Shown here piece after piece: positions 20,616 through 30,497 of a DNA stretch of 64,000 bases. The notes under the pieces were generated by a model. The model did no database searches. It was given only the letters and a program-made list of their open reading frames with translations, and had not been told where the DNA came from. The translations under genes were made by a program, and so were the position numbers. Position 1 is the stretch's first letter, and each line of letters opens with the position of its first letter. The stretch comes from Chlorobiaceae bacterium (GTDB lineage Bacteria; Bacteroidota; Chlorobiia; Chlorobiales; Chlorobiaceae): the NCBI GenBank assembly GCA_013334435.1, contig JAAXXP010000001.1, forward strand, positions 24,892-88,891. The letters are read 5' to 3'.

Positions 20616-21743
20616 ATGATGCAATTTTCCTCAACCATAAGGCAGATGCAGGATGCGGTCAGTAAGGTGTCGCAGGCCATTCCGGCAAAAACCATCGATC
20701 CGCGCTATGACAACGTTCACCTGACCCTTGAAAACGGTCTGCTTACCCTGTTTGCCACAGACGGTGAACTTGCCATTACCGCAAAGTGCCCCGTAGAGAC
20801 TTCCGACACCGGAAACATCGGTATCAAGGCTAAAACCCTTCAGGATTTTCTCCGGAGCATGTACGATACCCCGGTCAGTTTTACCATCAACCGTCAGGAA
20901 ATAAGCGATCACGGTACGGTTTCCATTTCCACTGACAAGGGGCATTATAAAATCCCCTGTCTTTTCGAAAGCAAACCGGAAAAAACCGAAAAAACGTATG
21001 CAATAACGCTCGAACTGAAAACCGAGGAGCTCCAGGATCTTATTCAGAAAACCATTTTCGCCTGCAGTGTGGATGGAATGAGGCCGGCCATGATGGGTGT
21101 GCTTTTCGAGATCGAAGAGAACAGTATCACCGGAGTTTCAACTGACGGTCACCGGCTTGTCCGGTGCAGAAAGCCCATTACCGCGGAGATAGCGGAAAAG
21201 CAGAAAATCGTCGTTCCGGCCCGGGTACTCTCGATTATCCAGAAGCTTGCCCAGAACGACAGCGTTACCATGTCCATCGACGAAGACCGCCGTTCGGTAT
21301 GCTACAGCTGCGACAACGTCGTGCTTGAAGCCGCTCTTATCGTAGAGCCTTACCCTAACTACGAAGCGGTCATTCCTGTTGAGCACGACAAAAAGCTTGT
21401 TGCCCAGAGAACGGACATTTATGATTCGGTCCGGAGAGTCGGGCGTTTTTCAAGTATCGGAGATATCAAGATCGACGTCAACGGTGCGACGCTGAAAATA
21501 ATGGCTGAAAACACCAACGAAGGAGAATCCGCACAGGAGGAACTGACCTGCAATTATACAGGAGAACCTATTACAATCGGTTTCAACGCGAAATTCATTG
21601 AAGCCGCCCTTGCTCATATCGACCAGAGCGAAATCATCATAGAACTGAAAAGTCCAACGACGGCGGTCATTTTCAAGCCCGGTGCAGCAAAGGAGCAGGA
21701 AGAGCTGATTATACTGGTGATGCCGGTTCGCATCAATAATTGA
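20616..21743 (+). CDS. dnaN: DNA polymerase III beta sliding clamp
   Basis: 375 aa with the three-domain clamp pattern. Located downstream of dnaA. Confidence 0.95.
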   Translation: MMQFSSTIRQMQDAVSKVSQAIPAKTIDPRYDNVHLTLENGLLTLFATDGELAITAKCPVETSDTGNIGIKAKTLQDFLRSMYDTPVSFTINRQEISDHGTVSISTDKGHYKIPCLFESKPEKTEKTYAITLELKTEELQDLIQKTIFACSVDGMRPAMMGVLFEIEENSITGVSTDGHRLVRCRKPITAEIAEKQKIVVPARVLSIIQKLAQNDSVTMSIDEDRRSVCYSCDNVVLEAALIVEPYPNYEAVIPVEHDKKLVAQRTDIYDSVRRVGRFSSIGDIKIDVNGATLKIMAENTNEGESAQEELTCNYTGEPITIGFNAKFIEAALAHIDQSEIIIELKSPTTAVIFKPGAAKEQEELIILVMPVRINN

Positions 21744-21759
21744 GCGAAGAGGCAGGTTA

Positions 21760-22851
21760 TTGAAACTCGAACAGATACAGTTCGTCCATTTCAGGAATCA
21801 CGGTTCCCTGACCTTTGCTCCTTCCGGAGGTATCAACCTCATTTATGGTCCGAACGGTTCAGGGAAAACCTCGATTCTCGAAGGAATACATTACTGTGCG
21901 CTGACGAAGGGTTTCGTCAGCGCTTACGACATCGAGTGTCTGAAAGAGGGCCATCTTTTTTTTGTGCTCAAGGGCAGGTTTGCAAGTGAAAGCGGCACAG
22001 AAACAGAGGTAAAAGTCTCCTACAGCCGTCAGGCCGGCAAACAGCTGACGGTCAACACCCTGAATCTCGCGTCTTTTTCATCGCACATAGGTGCGATTCC
22101 CTGTATTACCTTTTCACCCTCCGAACTCTCGATTATAACCGGATCCCCTGCGGAGCGAAGGCGTTTTCTCGATAACGCGATCTGTCAGACCAACCGGAGG
22201 TATCTTGATGCCCTTCTCAGCTACCGGAGAATCCTGCAACAGCGTAATGCACTTCTGTTCCGGATAAGAGAGCATCGGTCGGGTATGGAGATGCTCGACA
22301 TTCTCACCGAACAGCTGGCAGAGCACGCAGTCTGCATCGTACGATCGAGAATGCAGTTCATAAGGGAGATTATGCCGGTAGCTGAAGCACATCTCGTAGC
22401 GGTTTCAGCCGGAGAAACGCCACGAATTGCCTATCGCTGTTCATTTCTTCCGCATGACTGCACCGAATCGTCCGATCAGCTTTCCAGGCTCTTTGAGGAG
22501 AGGATACGGGAAAAACGGCAGGAAGAGATCGCAAGGGCGCAGACGGCAATCGGACCGCACAGGGATGACCTGTTGTTTTTTCTTAATGAAAAAGAGGTTA
22601 AGAGATACGCATCGCAGGGTCAGAAAAGAAGTTTTCTCATTACCCTTAAACTTGCTCTCTATCGATATTTTCTTGAAAAACTCGATGAACAGCCTATCTG
22701 TCTTTTCGACGATCTGTTCAGTGAACTCGATCGCGAAAGGGTGGACAGCCTTCTCCTGCTGCTTTCCGGTTTCGGCCAAACCATCATTACGACGACGGAA
22801 AAAAGGAATACGCCGGGTGTTTCGGCACTCAATATTTGTGAAATAGCATGA
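21760..22851 (+). CDS. recF: DNA replication/repair protein RecF
   Basis: 363 aa, TTG start, Walker A GPNGSGKTSILE, signature SQGQKRS, and DDLFSELD. Confidence 0.93.
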   Translation: MKLEQIQFVHFRNHGSLTFAPSGGINLIYGPNGSGKTSILEGIHYCALTKGFVSAYDIECLKEGHLFFVLKGRFASESGTETEVKVSYSRQAGKQLTVNTLNLASFSSHIGAIPCITFSPSELSIITGSPAERRRFLDNAICQTNRRYLDALLSYRRILQQRNALLFRIREHRSGMEMLDILTEQLAEHAVCIVRSRMQFIREIMPVAEAHLVAVSAGETPRIAYRCSFLPHDCTESSDQLSRLFEERIREKRQEEIARAQTAIGPHRDDLLFFLNEKEVKRYASQGQKRSFLITLKLALYRYFLEKLDEQPICLFDDLFSELDRERVDSLLLLLSGFGQTIITTTEKRNTPGVSALNICEIA

Positions 22852-23156
22852 CAGGCGGTTTCAAAAAGACAAGAAAGGCTCCCAGACGGATTTCACTGAT
22901 TGTCGAGGAGGTTTTCAGCGGGCTCGGCATGGATGATGCGCGCGAGCAATACCGGGCGCTCCATCTCTGGAGGGAGATCGTCGGTGAAACCATAGCGGCC
23001 GAGACGGTAGTAGAAAGGCTCTCGGATGGACAGCTTTTCATACGGGTGAAAAATTCGGTGTGGAGAATGGAGCTGAACTTCCGCAAGAAGGAACTTGCCG
23101 GAAAAATCAACAGTTTCCTTGGCAAGGAAGCGGTAAGGGAGATTGTTTTCAGATAA
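22848..23156 (+). CDS. DUF721 (DciA-family) protein
   Basis: 102 aa. LHLWREIVGETIAAETVVERLSDGQLFIRVKNSVWRMEL fits the DUF721 pattern. 4-nt overlap with recF, which is the usual position for this family. Confidence 0.75.
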   Translation: MTGGFKKTRKAPRRISLIVEEVFSGLGMDDAREQYRALHLWREIVGETIAAETVVERLSDGQLFIRVKNSVWRMELNFRKKELAGKINSFLGKEAVREIVFR

Positions 23157-23159
23157 CAA

Positions 23160-23188
23160 GGAGCCGCACCCCTATAGTGTGCGGCTCC
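23160..23188. terminator. Shared hairpin between convergent DUF721 and flavodiiron genes
   Basis: GGAGCCGCAC-ccctatagt-GTGCGGCTCC, a 10-bp perfect stem. There is no clean T-tract on either side, so intrinsic-terminator status is tentative. Confidence 0.5.
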
Positions 23189-23198
23189 TGAAAGAATG

Positions 23199-24422
23199 CT
23201 ACAGATTGCAGCTCAGCTGGTACATGTCGATCATTTTTTCAGCGAATGACCGGCCGAAAGCGATACACTCCTCGAATTCGGGTTCATGGGGCTGGAACTT
23301 GATTCTGACATTTTTTTCGAAAACATTGAGCTTGAGCAGCGAAAAGTTCGTTTCAATCATTTTAACGCCCTCACCGCTCCAGCCGTAGGACCCGAATGCG
23401 GCAGCGAGCTTCCCCTTGTCGCGAATGGGATTGACGGCGGCAAACAGCTGATAGATCTGCGTGAGGATATTCTGGTTGATGGTTGGAGATCCGACAATGA
23501 TACCCGAGCAGTGGGCGATTTTATCCTCCAGCTTTGAAAAATGAATGTTTTCCACGTCGCAGATGTCAATGGTGAAGTCACACGACTGCTGCAGCCCTTC
23601 GGCTATTTTTCGGGCCAGGATAGTAGTGTTTTCATAAGCCGATACATAGGCGATGAGAATGTTCTTCTCGTTGGGAAGTGCGATGGCATTCGTGGCGTAG
23701 CGGTGTGAAAGATCGACATATTTTTTCCAGTTCGAACGAAGGATCGGTCCATGTCCAGGGCAGATAACCTTTATGTCGAGAGGCTTGATCTTTTCGATGG
23801 CCTGAAGCATGTACTTGCTGAACGGCCTGAGAATGGCATCGAAATAGTAGGTGAAGGCGTCGTCGAAATCGCCGACAAGATCATCATACATCGCTTCGTG
23901 AGAAAAATGGGATCCGAAGGAGTCGCAGGTGAAGAGCACCCGGTCCTCTTCCAGCCAGGTGTAGATGGTGTCTGGCCAGTGAAGGTTCGGTGCGCCTATG
24001 AAATGCAGTGTCTTGTTGCCCAGGTCCAGCGTATCGCCGTTTTTGATGACGAGATGCCGGAAATCGTGACCCGTCTGGTCCCGAAGAAATTTTATGGCAT
24101 TGCCGCTGCCTACGACGGTTGCATTGGGAGCGACGCTCAACAGATTGGATACATTGCCCGAATGGTCGGGCTCGGTGTGGTCGACAATGATGTACTCAAT
24201 TTCGGAAGGGTCTGTAACTTGTTTTATTTTATCAAGATAAGTCGGCCAGAACTTTACTTTTGAAGTTTCTACAACGGTTTTCCTGTCGGCGTTGATGAAG
24301 TATGAATTGTAGGTGGTTCCATACTTTGTCTCCATGACGATATCGAAGGTTATGAGGCCTGGATCAAGTACGCCTATCCAGGTAACGTCATCGGTAACGG
24401 GCAGTATTTTTTGGTCAGTCAT
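23199..24422 (-). CDS. A-type flavodiiron protein (rubredoxin:oxygen oxidoreductase / FprA family)
   Basis: 407 aa with a metallo-beta-lactamase-like N-domain carrying the diiron motif [10 protein letters not shown] and a C-terminal flavodoxin-like domain. Confidence 0.88.
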   Translation of the reverse strand: MTDQKILPVTDDVTWIGVLDPGLITFDIVMETKYGTTYNSYFINADRKTVVETSKVKFWPTYLDKIKQVTDPSEIEYIIVDHTEPDHSGNVSNLLSVAPNATVVGSGNAIKFLRDQTGHDFRHLVIKNGDTLDLGNKTLHFIGAPNLHWPDTIYTWLEEDRVLFTCDSFGSHFSHEAMYDDLVGDFDDAFTYYFDAILRPFSKYMLQAIEKIKPLDIKVICPGHGPILRSNWKKYVDLSHRYATNAIALPNEKNILIAYVSAYENTTILARKIAEGLQQSCDFTIDICDVENIHFSKLEDKIAHCSGIIVGSPTINQNILTQIYQLFAAVNPIRDKGKLAAAFGSYGWSGEGVKMIETNFSLLKLNVFEKNVRIKFQPHEPEFEECIAFGRSFAEKMIDMYQLSCNL

Positions 24423-24518
24423 AGTGGAAGATGAAAAGATGTTAAAAGGTAACGTTAAAAGCTATAATGAAATACAGAAAACGGATACTCATAGTTCCTG
24501 AAGCCCGTAAATGGGGAT

Positions 24519-26939
24519 TTAAAAAGCGGTATCGCTGCTGAACGGGTCGGGTGACGTATTTCTCGTTTCACGTATCAGTTCGATTCCTTCGGGAGAAAAG
24601 GCGAAAAGGGTATCCGCCGAGAAAATCGTGCTGAAATCCTGCGGTTTGAAAAAGGGAAGGAATTTCTGGCAGTGCTCGTCGAGCCTTTTCAGGTAAAAAG
24701 CGGTGTTTTCATCGGGTTTACGAGGGTCCCAGTCAGAAGCAAGTCGGCCTTTATCGAAAAATGAGGATGCATTTCCCGAGCCTGATATATAATAGGTTAT
24801 ACGGTCTCCTTTCGAAAATTCCCCACCGGATTTAATGACCAGTTCGTAGGTAACCGATCTGGAGCGTCTGCCTGAACGTACATCCTCAAGATACTGTTCC
24901 GGAGAGGATTTCAGGGTTTCTATCCTTGAAAAATCCCCAATGTCGAGCTGATGGTCAAGAATCTTCTGGCGGTACTCCATGAAGAGATCGTGGAGTCCGG
25001 CAATATCCTCTGACAGCAGCGTTTCAAACCCTTTCCTGACGAAATCACGGCCGAATTTCTCTCCGCTCCTGCTTGACAGTGAAGAGCCTTTGAGGGTCAT
25101 GACATTGTCGTAACCCATGAGGGCATAGTTTTTTTTCAGGTAGGAGATCATTTTCCTGAACCTGCCGTCAAAGCCGATATTGATGCCTTCCGGCATCCTG
25201 GAGGATACTTCGCTCACCAGACGCCGCTCCTCTTCTTCATTCGTTATGTCCGGAGGTGGGATAAAAAGAATTCCGTCGGTATCGACTTCAATGACACGGC
25301 ATCCCCGAGCTTCGAATTCGGCAATCATCTTTCTGGCAATACTCTGTCCTGTCGATGTTACCCTGTCCGCTTCTGCGAAATCATTGAAAATTCCTCCCTG
25401 GAAACCGAGATAGCCGTACATGGCGTTGATGAGGATCTTGAACGATCCCTGCATGGCGTCGAAGTTTCCGGCCAGAGCATTGTTTTTTTTCTCCCTGTTC
25501 TCCCTGCTGAGGTCTTTTGCCCTGAAACGGAGATCTCTCAGATCGCGCAGTACGCCGGGAAAAACCTTCAGGGTATCGCTTCCCGGACAGATATCGTAAG
25601 AGAGCATGATGGATGGATAGAGAGACTCCACATCCGCATAGACAATGGGTCCGAGTACGCCTTTCAGAAAAACCTCCGTATAGCCTCCCGTAAACTGCTG
25701 TCCGGAAGATGGTTTGGGAAGTGAATGCTTCCGGTTGAGGTACTCGCGTACGAACAGTGCTTCTATTTTGGCTGCAGGTCCAAGACGCGAGGTCATGGCA
25801 TAGGTGTAGGGAAGCATCTGCGCGGTGTAGAAGTTGCTGCCGGAGAGCATCTCCGACAATGCTCCGGTTTCGATGACATCGTCAAGCGCATAGGCCAGCA
25901 GCTTTTCATGGTCGTTATCCCATGTCGATGCGATATCCTTGTAGTCAATATAGGTACGTTCAGGAGCCGCAAAACCGAAATGTCTGGCGACAGCCTTCAG
26001 CCCGTAGCTCTGGAGCGAGCGCTTTGACGTGTCGTAGCTCTGGATAAGGAACAGTGTATCGACGACATGGCGTCCGGGGATGTCGAAGAACGGAAAATCA
26101 ATGGTTCGTTCCGCGAAGCGGATGCTCGAAGGATATGTTTTAGGCTGCAGCCCGTCCCGGCCTATCGAAAATGCGAGGCCGTGCCGTTCGCAGCGGCGCT
26201 GCAGATAGGGCAGATCGAAGCTGAATATGTTATGGCCTTCAATAACATCAGGATCTTTAAGGGTTATCGTTCTGATCGTTCGATCGAGCAGTTCCTTTTC
26301 CGAACTGTTTTTTGAGTGCAGCACCTCTTTCCATCCTCGATTGTCGGAAAGCGAAACAATGATTATTTCATCCGAAAATCGGTCGTTCTCCTCACCGCCG
26401 CGTTTTTCAGGCCTGTAATACGTTTCAATATCGAGCTGAAGACGATGAAGGTTTTCAAACAGCATTCCCTTGAAAAGGGTTTTTCCGGTTTGCAGAAAAT
26501 ACTGGGTAACGGCGTCGCCTTTACTGTAGGTAAGGGAGCTTCCTTCCTCCGCAGGGCTTTCGGCGCTTCCGGAAAGAAGCGAGAGCTTTTTTGAATTGAT
26601 GAAATCAAGAGCCGCCCTGAAGGTTTTCCAGCTTCCGAAAATTGCGAGATACTGATAGAAATTGTCGCCCTGCAGATTGACCAGCCAGAATTTCCTCTTG
26701 TCCTCCGGAATGAATCCGTCAAGCACGGCGCTTTCGGAAAGAAAAAAGAATGGATAAAAAGGGTCGTCGCGATAAAGAACGGTATTCCCATTACGGAAAA
26801 ATATTCTGATATGCGTATCGGAAAGCTGATAGGCTCCGACTATGCACTCCTCCTTGTCTTTACCGAAAAGAAGATTGTTGTCGAGAATGTCATGAATGAA
26901 ATTGTCCATGAACATGCCGGGTGAAAATGAATGAAGCAT
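24519..26939 (-). CDS. polB: Family B DNA polymerase (Pol II-like) with intact 3-5 exonuclease
   Basis: 806 aa. Exo I LQLDIETY, Exo [14 protein letters not shown], Exo [11 protein letters not shown]. Pol [11 protein letters not shown], Pol [13 protein letters not shown], Pol [10 protein letters not shown]. Confidence 0.9.
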   Translation of the reverse strand: MLHSFSPGMFMDNFIHDILDNNLLFGKDKEECIVGAYQLSDTHIRIFFRNGNTVLYRDDPFYPFFFLSESAVLDGFIPEDKRKFWLVNLQGDNFYQYLAIFGSWKTFRAALDFINSKKLSLLSGSAESPAEEGSSLTYSKGDAVTQYFLQTGKTLFKGMLFENLHRLQLDIETYYRPEKRGGEENDRFSDEIIIVSLSDNRGWKEVLHSKNSSEKELLDRTIRTITLKDPDVIEGHNIFSFDLPYLQRRCERHGLAFSIGRDGLQPKTYPSSIRFAERTIDFPFFDIPGRHVVDTLFLIQSYDTSKRSLQSYGLKAVARHFGFAAPERTYIDYKDIASTWDNDHEKLLAYALDDVIETGALSEMLSGSNFYTAQMLPYTYAMTSRLGPAAKIEALFVREYLNRKHSLPKPSSGQQFTGGYTEVFLKGVLGPIVYADVESLYPSIMLSYDICPGSDTLKVFPGVLRDLRDLRFRAKDLSRENREKKNNALAGNFDAMQGSFKILINAMYGYLGFQGGIFNDFAEADRVTSTGQSIARKMIAEFEARGCRVIEVDTDGILFIPPPDITNEEEERRLVSEVSSRMPEGINIGFDGRFRKMISYLKKNYALMGYDNVMTLKGSSLSSRSGEKFGRDFVRKGFETLLSEDIAGLHDLFMEYRQKILDHQLDIGDFSRIETLKSSPEQYLEDVRSGRRSRSVTYELVIKSGGEFSKGDRITYYISGSGNASSFFDKGRLASDWDPRKPDENTAFYLKRLDEHCQKFLPFFKPQDFSTIFSADTLFAFSPEGIELIRETRNTSPDPFSSDTAF

Positions 26940-26966
26940 CCCGATGTTTCACGTGAAACATCGGGA
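26939..26966. repeat. Perfect 28-bp palindrome between the mnmG stop and the polB start
   Basis: TCCCGATGTTTCAC|GTGAAACATCGGGA. Its last base is the A of the polB ATG on the minus strand. Confidence 0.9.
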
Positions 26967-26971
26967 GATGA

Positions 26972-28837
26972 TTACCGTCCAATTTTAATCATAAGAACGG
27001 AGATATCCGAAGGGGAAACACCGAGAATTCTCGATGCCTGCCCTATGGATTCGGGTCGGTGTTTCATGAGTTTTTCCCTTCCCTCATTTGAAAGTCCCAT
27101 CACGTCCGCATACGGGAACGTCTGCGGGATTTGCAGCGATTCAAGACGGGCGATTTTTTCTGCCATGAGCAGATCGCGTTTCAGGTACCCTTCGTACTTG
27201 ATATCGATTTCAACCTGTTCCAGCACAAGCGGATCCGAAGTCAGTGCGTGCACCTGTTCCCTGAAGGCGGGCGAGCTTTCAAAAAGCATCTGAAAACAGA
27301 CGCCATGTCTTTTCAGGATGTTCGCGGCGGAAAGCGATGCCGGAATGTCCTGAAGCCCCTGTTCAGCGAGAAGAGGATTGATCATTTCCGGCCTGAATCT
27401 GAAGTTTTCAGCAAGGGTCCTGACCTGCCGGATCGCTTCGGTTTTCAAGACGCAGGCCGCCATTGAAGCTGCTGAAACAAGCCCTGAGGAGAATCCGTAG
27501 CCGCAGAGGCGGATATCGGCATTGTCGTGACGAAGAAGAAGCCGGTGCTCTGCGGAAGAGGTGAACATTCGGTAGGGTTCATCGGTGTCCTTGGTGATGA
27601 GGTCATCGATGAGCACTCCGATATAGGCATCGGAACGTTTCAGAATGAGGGGTTCCCGTTCCCTGATTTTGAGCGATGCATTGATTCCTGCAATGATTCC
27701 CTGCGCGGCAGCCTCTTCATAGCCGGAAGTTCCGTTGATCTGACCTGCGAAATAGAGGTTTTCGATGATTTTCGTTTCCAGCGTATTTCCGATCTGATAG
27801 GGGAAGAAGTAGTCATATTCAATCGCATATCCAGGACGGATCATTTTCACCTGTTCAAGGCCTGGAATCGATTTCAGCCCTTTCATCTGTATGTCTTCGG
27901 GAAGCGAAGTCGAAAATCCGTTCACGTACATCTCGTTGGTGTCGAACCCCTCCGGTTCAAGAAAAATGTGGTGACTCTCCTTATGGGAAAAGCGGTTGAT
28001 CTTGTCTTCGATCGAGGGGCAGTAGCGGGGGCCGGTTCCCTGAACCTTTCCGGTAAAGAGTGGCGAGCGGTCAAAGCCCGTTCTCAGAATGTCATGCGTT
28101 TCCGATGTCGTTCTGGTCAGAAAACAGCTCAGCTGGGCTATCGAGCCAAGAGAGCGCGTAGAAAAAGAAAACGGAACAGGATCGTCATCGCCCTTTTGCT
28201 CCTCAACCAGGGAATAATCGACACTTCTTTTGTCGATACGCGGCGGGGTGCCTGTTTTCAGTCGTCCGTATCTGAAGCCGTGTGCTGCAAGATTTTCTGT
28301 CAAACCGGTAACCGGAGGCTCCGCAATCGTTCTGCCTCCCGGAAAATGGTTGAGGCCGATATGGATCAGCCCGTTCAGGAATGTTCCGCAGGTCAGAATG
28401 ACTGCTTTTGCCGGTATCAGGGTTCCGGTTGACAGGCGAACGCCTGCAGCTTTTTTCGATTGGACATGGATTTCTGTAACCGTATCCTGCAGCAGATCGA
28501 TATGCTCCTCTTTTTCGATGACCCGTCTCATGTACATCGAGTAGCGTGTCCGGTCAGCCTGTGCTCTTGGTGAATGCATCGCCGGGCCCTTGCTCAGGTT
28601 GAGCATCCGGAACTGAACGCCCGTGGCATCGATAGCCTTCGCCATCTCTCCCCCCAGCGCATCGATCTCGCGTGTTATCTGCCCTTTTGCAACGCCTCCG
28701 ATAGCCGGATTGCAGGACATTCTGGCAAGCGCCGTAAGGTCTGAGCTGATCAGCAGGCAGGACATGCCGGATCTTGCTGCAGCCAGGGCGGCCTCGCATC
28801 CGGCATGTCCTCCGCCGGCAACGATAATATCATACAT
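26972..28837 (-). CDS. mnmG: tRNA uridine 5-carboxymethylaminomethyl modification enzyme MnmG (GidA)
   Basis: [17 protein letters not shown]..., full-length MnmG pattern. Start placed at the ATG; the ORF track begins two codons upstream at a TTG (28843). Confidence 0.95.
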   Translation of the reverse strand: MYDIIVAGGGHAGCEAALAAARSGMSCLLISSDLTALARMSCNPAIGGVAKGQITREIDALGGEMAKAIDATGVQFRMLNLSKGPAMHSPRAQADRTRYSMYMRRVIEKEEHIDLLQDTVTEIHVQSKKAAGVRLSTGTLIPAKAVILTCGTFLNGLIHIGLNHFPGGRTIAEPPVTGLTENLAAHGFRYGRLKTGTPPRIDKRSVDYSLVEEQKGDDDPVPFSFSTRSLGSIAQLSCFLTRTTSETHDILRTGFDRSPLFTGKVQGTGPRYCPSIEDKINRFSHKESHHIFLEPEGFDTNEMYVNGFSTSLPEDIQMKGLKSIPGLEQVKMIRPGYAIEYDYFFPYQIGNTLETKIIENLYFAGQINGTSGYEEAAAQGIIAGINASLKIREREPLILKRSDAYIGVLIDDLITKDTDEPYRMFTSSAEHRLLLRHDNADIRLCGYGFSSGLVSAASMAACVLKTEAIRQVRTLAENFRFRPEMINPLLAEQGLQDIPASLSAANILKRHGVCFQMLFESSPAFREQVHALTSDPLVLEQVEIDIKYEGYLKRDLLMAEKIARLESLQIPQTFPYADVMGLSNEGREKLMKHRPESIGQASRILGVSPSDISVLMIKIGR

Positions 28838-28850
28838 GAACAATACAATT

Positions 28851-28868
28851 ATGTTTCACGTGGAACAT
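28851..28868. repeat. Second copy of the ATGTTTCACGTGRAACAT palindrome, in the mnmG 5-prime leader
   Basis: ATGTTTCACGTGGAACAT, with one mismatch to the core of the 26939 palindrome. It sits 14 nt upstream of the mnmG ATG. Confidence 0.8.
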
Positions 28869-29173
28869 TACGATTCGTTTAATGGTGTAGAGAGTAATTA
28901 GAACGTATTATCGACAGGAGTACTGATTTTTCTCTCTCTCCGTCTCCCTCAGGCATCCGCCAGCGGCAGGAGGGTTGCATTGCTTGCCTATAAGAGCAAA
29001 TGTATTAAAAAAAAGCTCAACAGGTATTTCCCGGAGCGGGTGTTCAGGGCATTCGGTGAAGGTATCAGACCGGATTCAGGCAGAATAGCGATTGTCAGCC
29101 GTTTGTCTCTGCCGGCCTTCTCTTTCATGTGAAAAGAAAGTGCATGGGCGGTAACTGTGAGATGAAAAAATAT

Positions 29174-29217
29174 TTGCATCGGGCTCTGTTTTTTTATATA
29201 ATTATATAGTTATATAA
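29174..29217 (+). promoter_or_regulatory. Sigma70-like promoter of soyYZ-fccAB with overlapping 24-bp palindromic operator
   Basis: TTGCAT (29174-29179), a 17-nt spacer, then TATAAT (29197-29202). Operator TTATATAAT-tatata-GTTATATAA at 29194-29217. Confidence 0.65.
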
Positions 29218-29278
29218 AAAAACGTTTTCCGCAGCTGAGCAGGCTGATGCGACCCGCTCGTTCATTCCGGCACCAATT

Positions 29279-29716
29279 ATGAAGAGACGAACCTTTCTGG
29301 AGCGCAGTTCCGTTGCTGCCGCGCTTGTTCTGTTGCGGCCTTCCTCGCTTATGGCGGCATGGAACGAAAAACATTTTCAGCAGGTTTCCATCGATAAAGC
29401 GTTCCTTGACGTTCTCGGTACGAAAGACCTTGTCAAATCCGGCAGCATCACCATTGCGGCCCCTCCGGTTGCGTCCGACAGCTCTGCGGTTCCGGTTGAA
29501 ATCATCTCCGGAATCAGGGGCGATCAGCTCTATCTCTTCGTGGAAAGGAACGTTACGCCACTTGTCCTCAGCTGTGCCCTTCATGGCGGCGCTATCCCAT
29601 TTCTTGCTCTTACGGTCAAGATGAGGGAGAGTTCGCTGCTTTACGCCGTTATCAGGGAAGGCGGGAAATACCATATGGCCTCGGTGCATGTCGATGTAGC
29701 GGTTCAGGCCTGCTGA
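29279..29716 (+). CDS. soyY: SoxY-like sulfur carrier protein (SoyY of green sulfur bacteria)
   Basis: 145 aa with Tat signal MKRRTFLERSSVAAALVLL and a SoxY-like fold pattern. The C-terminus ends ...VAVQAC. Located immediately upstream of a SoxZ-like gene and fccAB. Confidence 0.75.
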   Translation: MKRRTFLERSSVAAALVLLRPSSLMAAWNEKHFQQVSIDKAFLDVLGTKDLVKSGSITIAAPPVASDSSAVPVEIISGIRGDQLYLFVERNVTPLVLSCALHGGAIPFLALTVKMRESSLLYAVIREGGKYHMASVHVDVAVQAC

Positions 29717-29741
29717 AATCACGTCCACAACATATGTCAAC

Positions 29742-30044
29742 GTGTTTATGAGAATACTCGCGAAAGAGGACGGGGGGATTGTCTCGCTCAAAGTCATCAT
29801 TCCGCATCCGAACGAATCGGGTACGAGAAAGGACGAGTCGGGAAACGTTGTTCCTGCCTATTACATCAGGGAAGGCTCTGTTTTGCTGAACGGTCTGCCG
29901 CTTATCGAGCTGCAGCTTGGCCCTTCGGTTTCCAGGGACCCTTTTCTGCAGTTCAGGTTTGCCGGTAAAAAAGGAGACCGGCTCAATTTGCGGTTCATCG
30001 ACAGCAGGAAGCAGGAATATGCCGCCGAAGCTGCGGTTGTCTGA
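29742..30044 (+). CDS. soyZ: SoxZ-like protein (SoyZ)
   Basis: 100 aa with the SoxZ-type pattern (KVIIPHPNESG...PAYYI). Paired with soyY. Confidence 0.75.
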   Translation: MFMRILAKEDGGIVSLKVIIPHPNESGTRKDESGNVVPAYYIREGSVLLNGLPLIELQLGPSVSRDPFLQFRFAGKKGDRLNLRFIDSRKQEYAAEAAVV

Positions 30045-30125
30045 TTCTCCGGCTGGATGACGTCAGGGTTACAAAGGTGTTATGTGCGCTTCTCTTTCTT
30101 AACAATCAACCAGGAGAAACATATT

Positions 30126-30482
30126 ATGCAGGTTACTATCAGATCGTTGCTGACGACCTGTTTCGTCTTTTCAGCTCTGCTTGGTGCTGGGGCTGAAGCT
30201 ACAGCGGCAACAACGCCGGCTCAGAAAGAGGTCGAATCGAACCCCCGGGGGCAGATTCTTTCTCTTTCCTGCTCTTCCTGTCACGGTACTGACGGAAAAA
30301 GCGCGGGAGTCATCCCCTCGTTTTACGGGAAGTCGCCCGAGTACCTTGAGACCGCATTGAAGGATTTCAAGACAGGCAAGCGGTATTCAACCGTTATGGG
30401 CAGGCATGCCAAAGGGTATACCGACGAAGAGATCCATTTGATTGCGCAGTATTTCGGAACGGTCTGGCAGAACAACAAATAA
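30126..30482 (+). CDS. fccA: Flavocytochrome c sulfide dehydrogenase, monoheme cytochrome c subunit
   Basis: Signal peptide, a single CSSCHG heme site, and RBS AGGAGA 9 nt upstream. Start moved from 30057. Confidence 0.85.
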   Translation: MQVTIRSLLTTCFVFSALLGAGAEATAATTPAQKEVESNPRGQILSLSCSSCHGTDGKSAGVIPSFYGKSPEYLETALKDFKTGKRYSTVMGRHAKGYTDEEIHLIAQYFGTVWQNNK

Positions 30483-30497
30483 GGGGGAGATGCAAAT

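Noticed and set aside
24519-26939. The family-B polymerase as part of a casposon, pipolin or other mobile or defence island.
   Set aside because: There is no integrase, Cas1, terminal inverted repeat, tRNA-adjacent attachment site or cluster of hypothetical genes nearby. Both neighbours are core genes (mnmG and a flavodiiron protein). The lower GC of this stretch is shared by dnaA, dnaN and recF, so it is not evidence for foreign origin.
17700-29000. Visibly lower GC content of the origin-proximal block as a sign of a genomic island.
   Set aside because: The block consists of universally conserved origin genes (rnpA, rpmH, dnaA, dnaN, recF, mnmG). The impression is by eye only, and a sliding-window GC or k-mer calculation would be needed. 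There are no mobility genes.
28988-29179. 63-aa minus-strand ORF in the mnmG-soyY intergenic region.
   Set aside because: It has no RBS, and the sequence is hydrophobic, low-information and unrecognised. It most likely covers promoter DNA for the divergent genes. A small protein cannot be excluded without conservation data.
29210-29800. 196-aa minus-strand ORF spanning the soyY promoter and gene.
   Set aside because: It overlaps the Tat-signal-bearing SoxY-like gene on the other strand and would start inside soyZ. It has no RBS and no recognisable domain.
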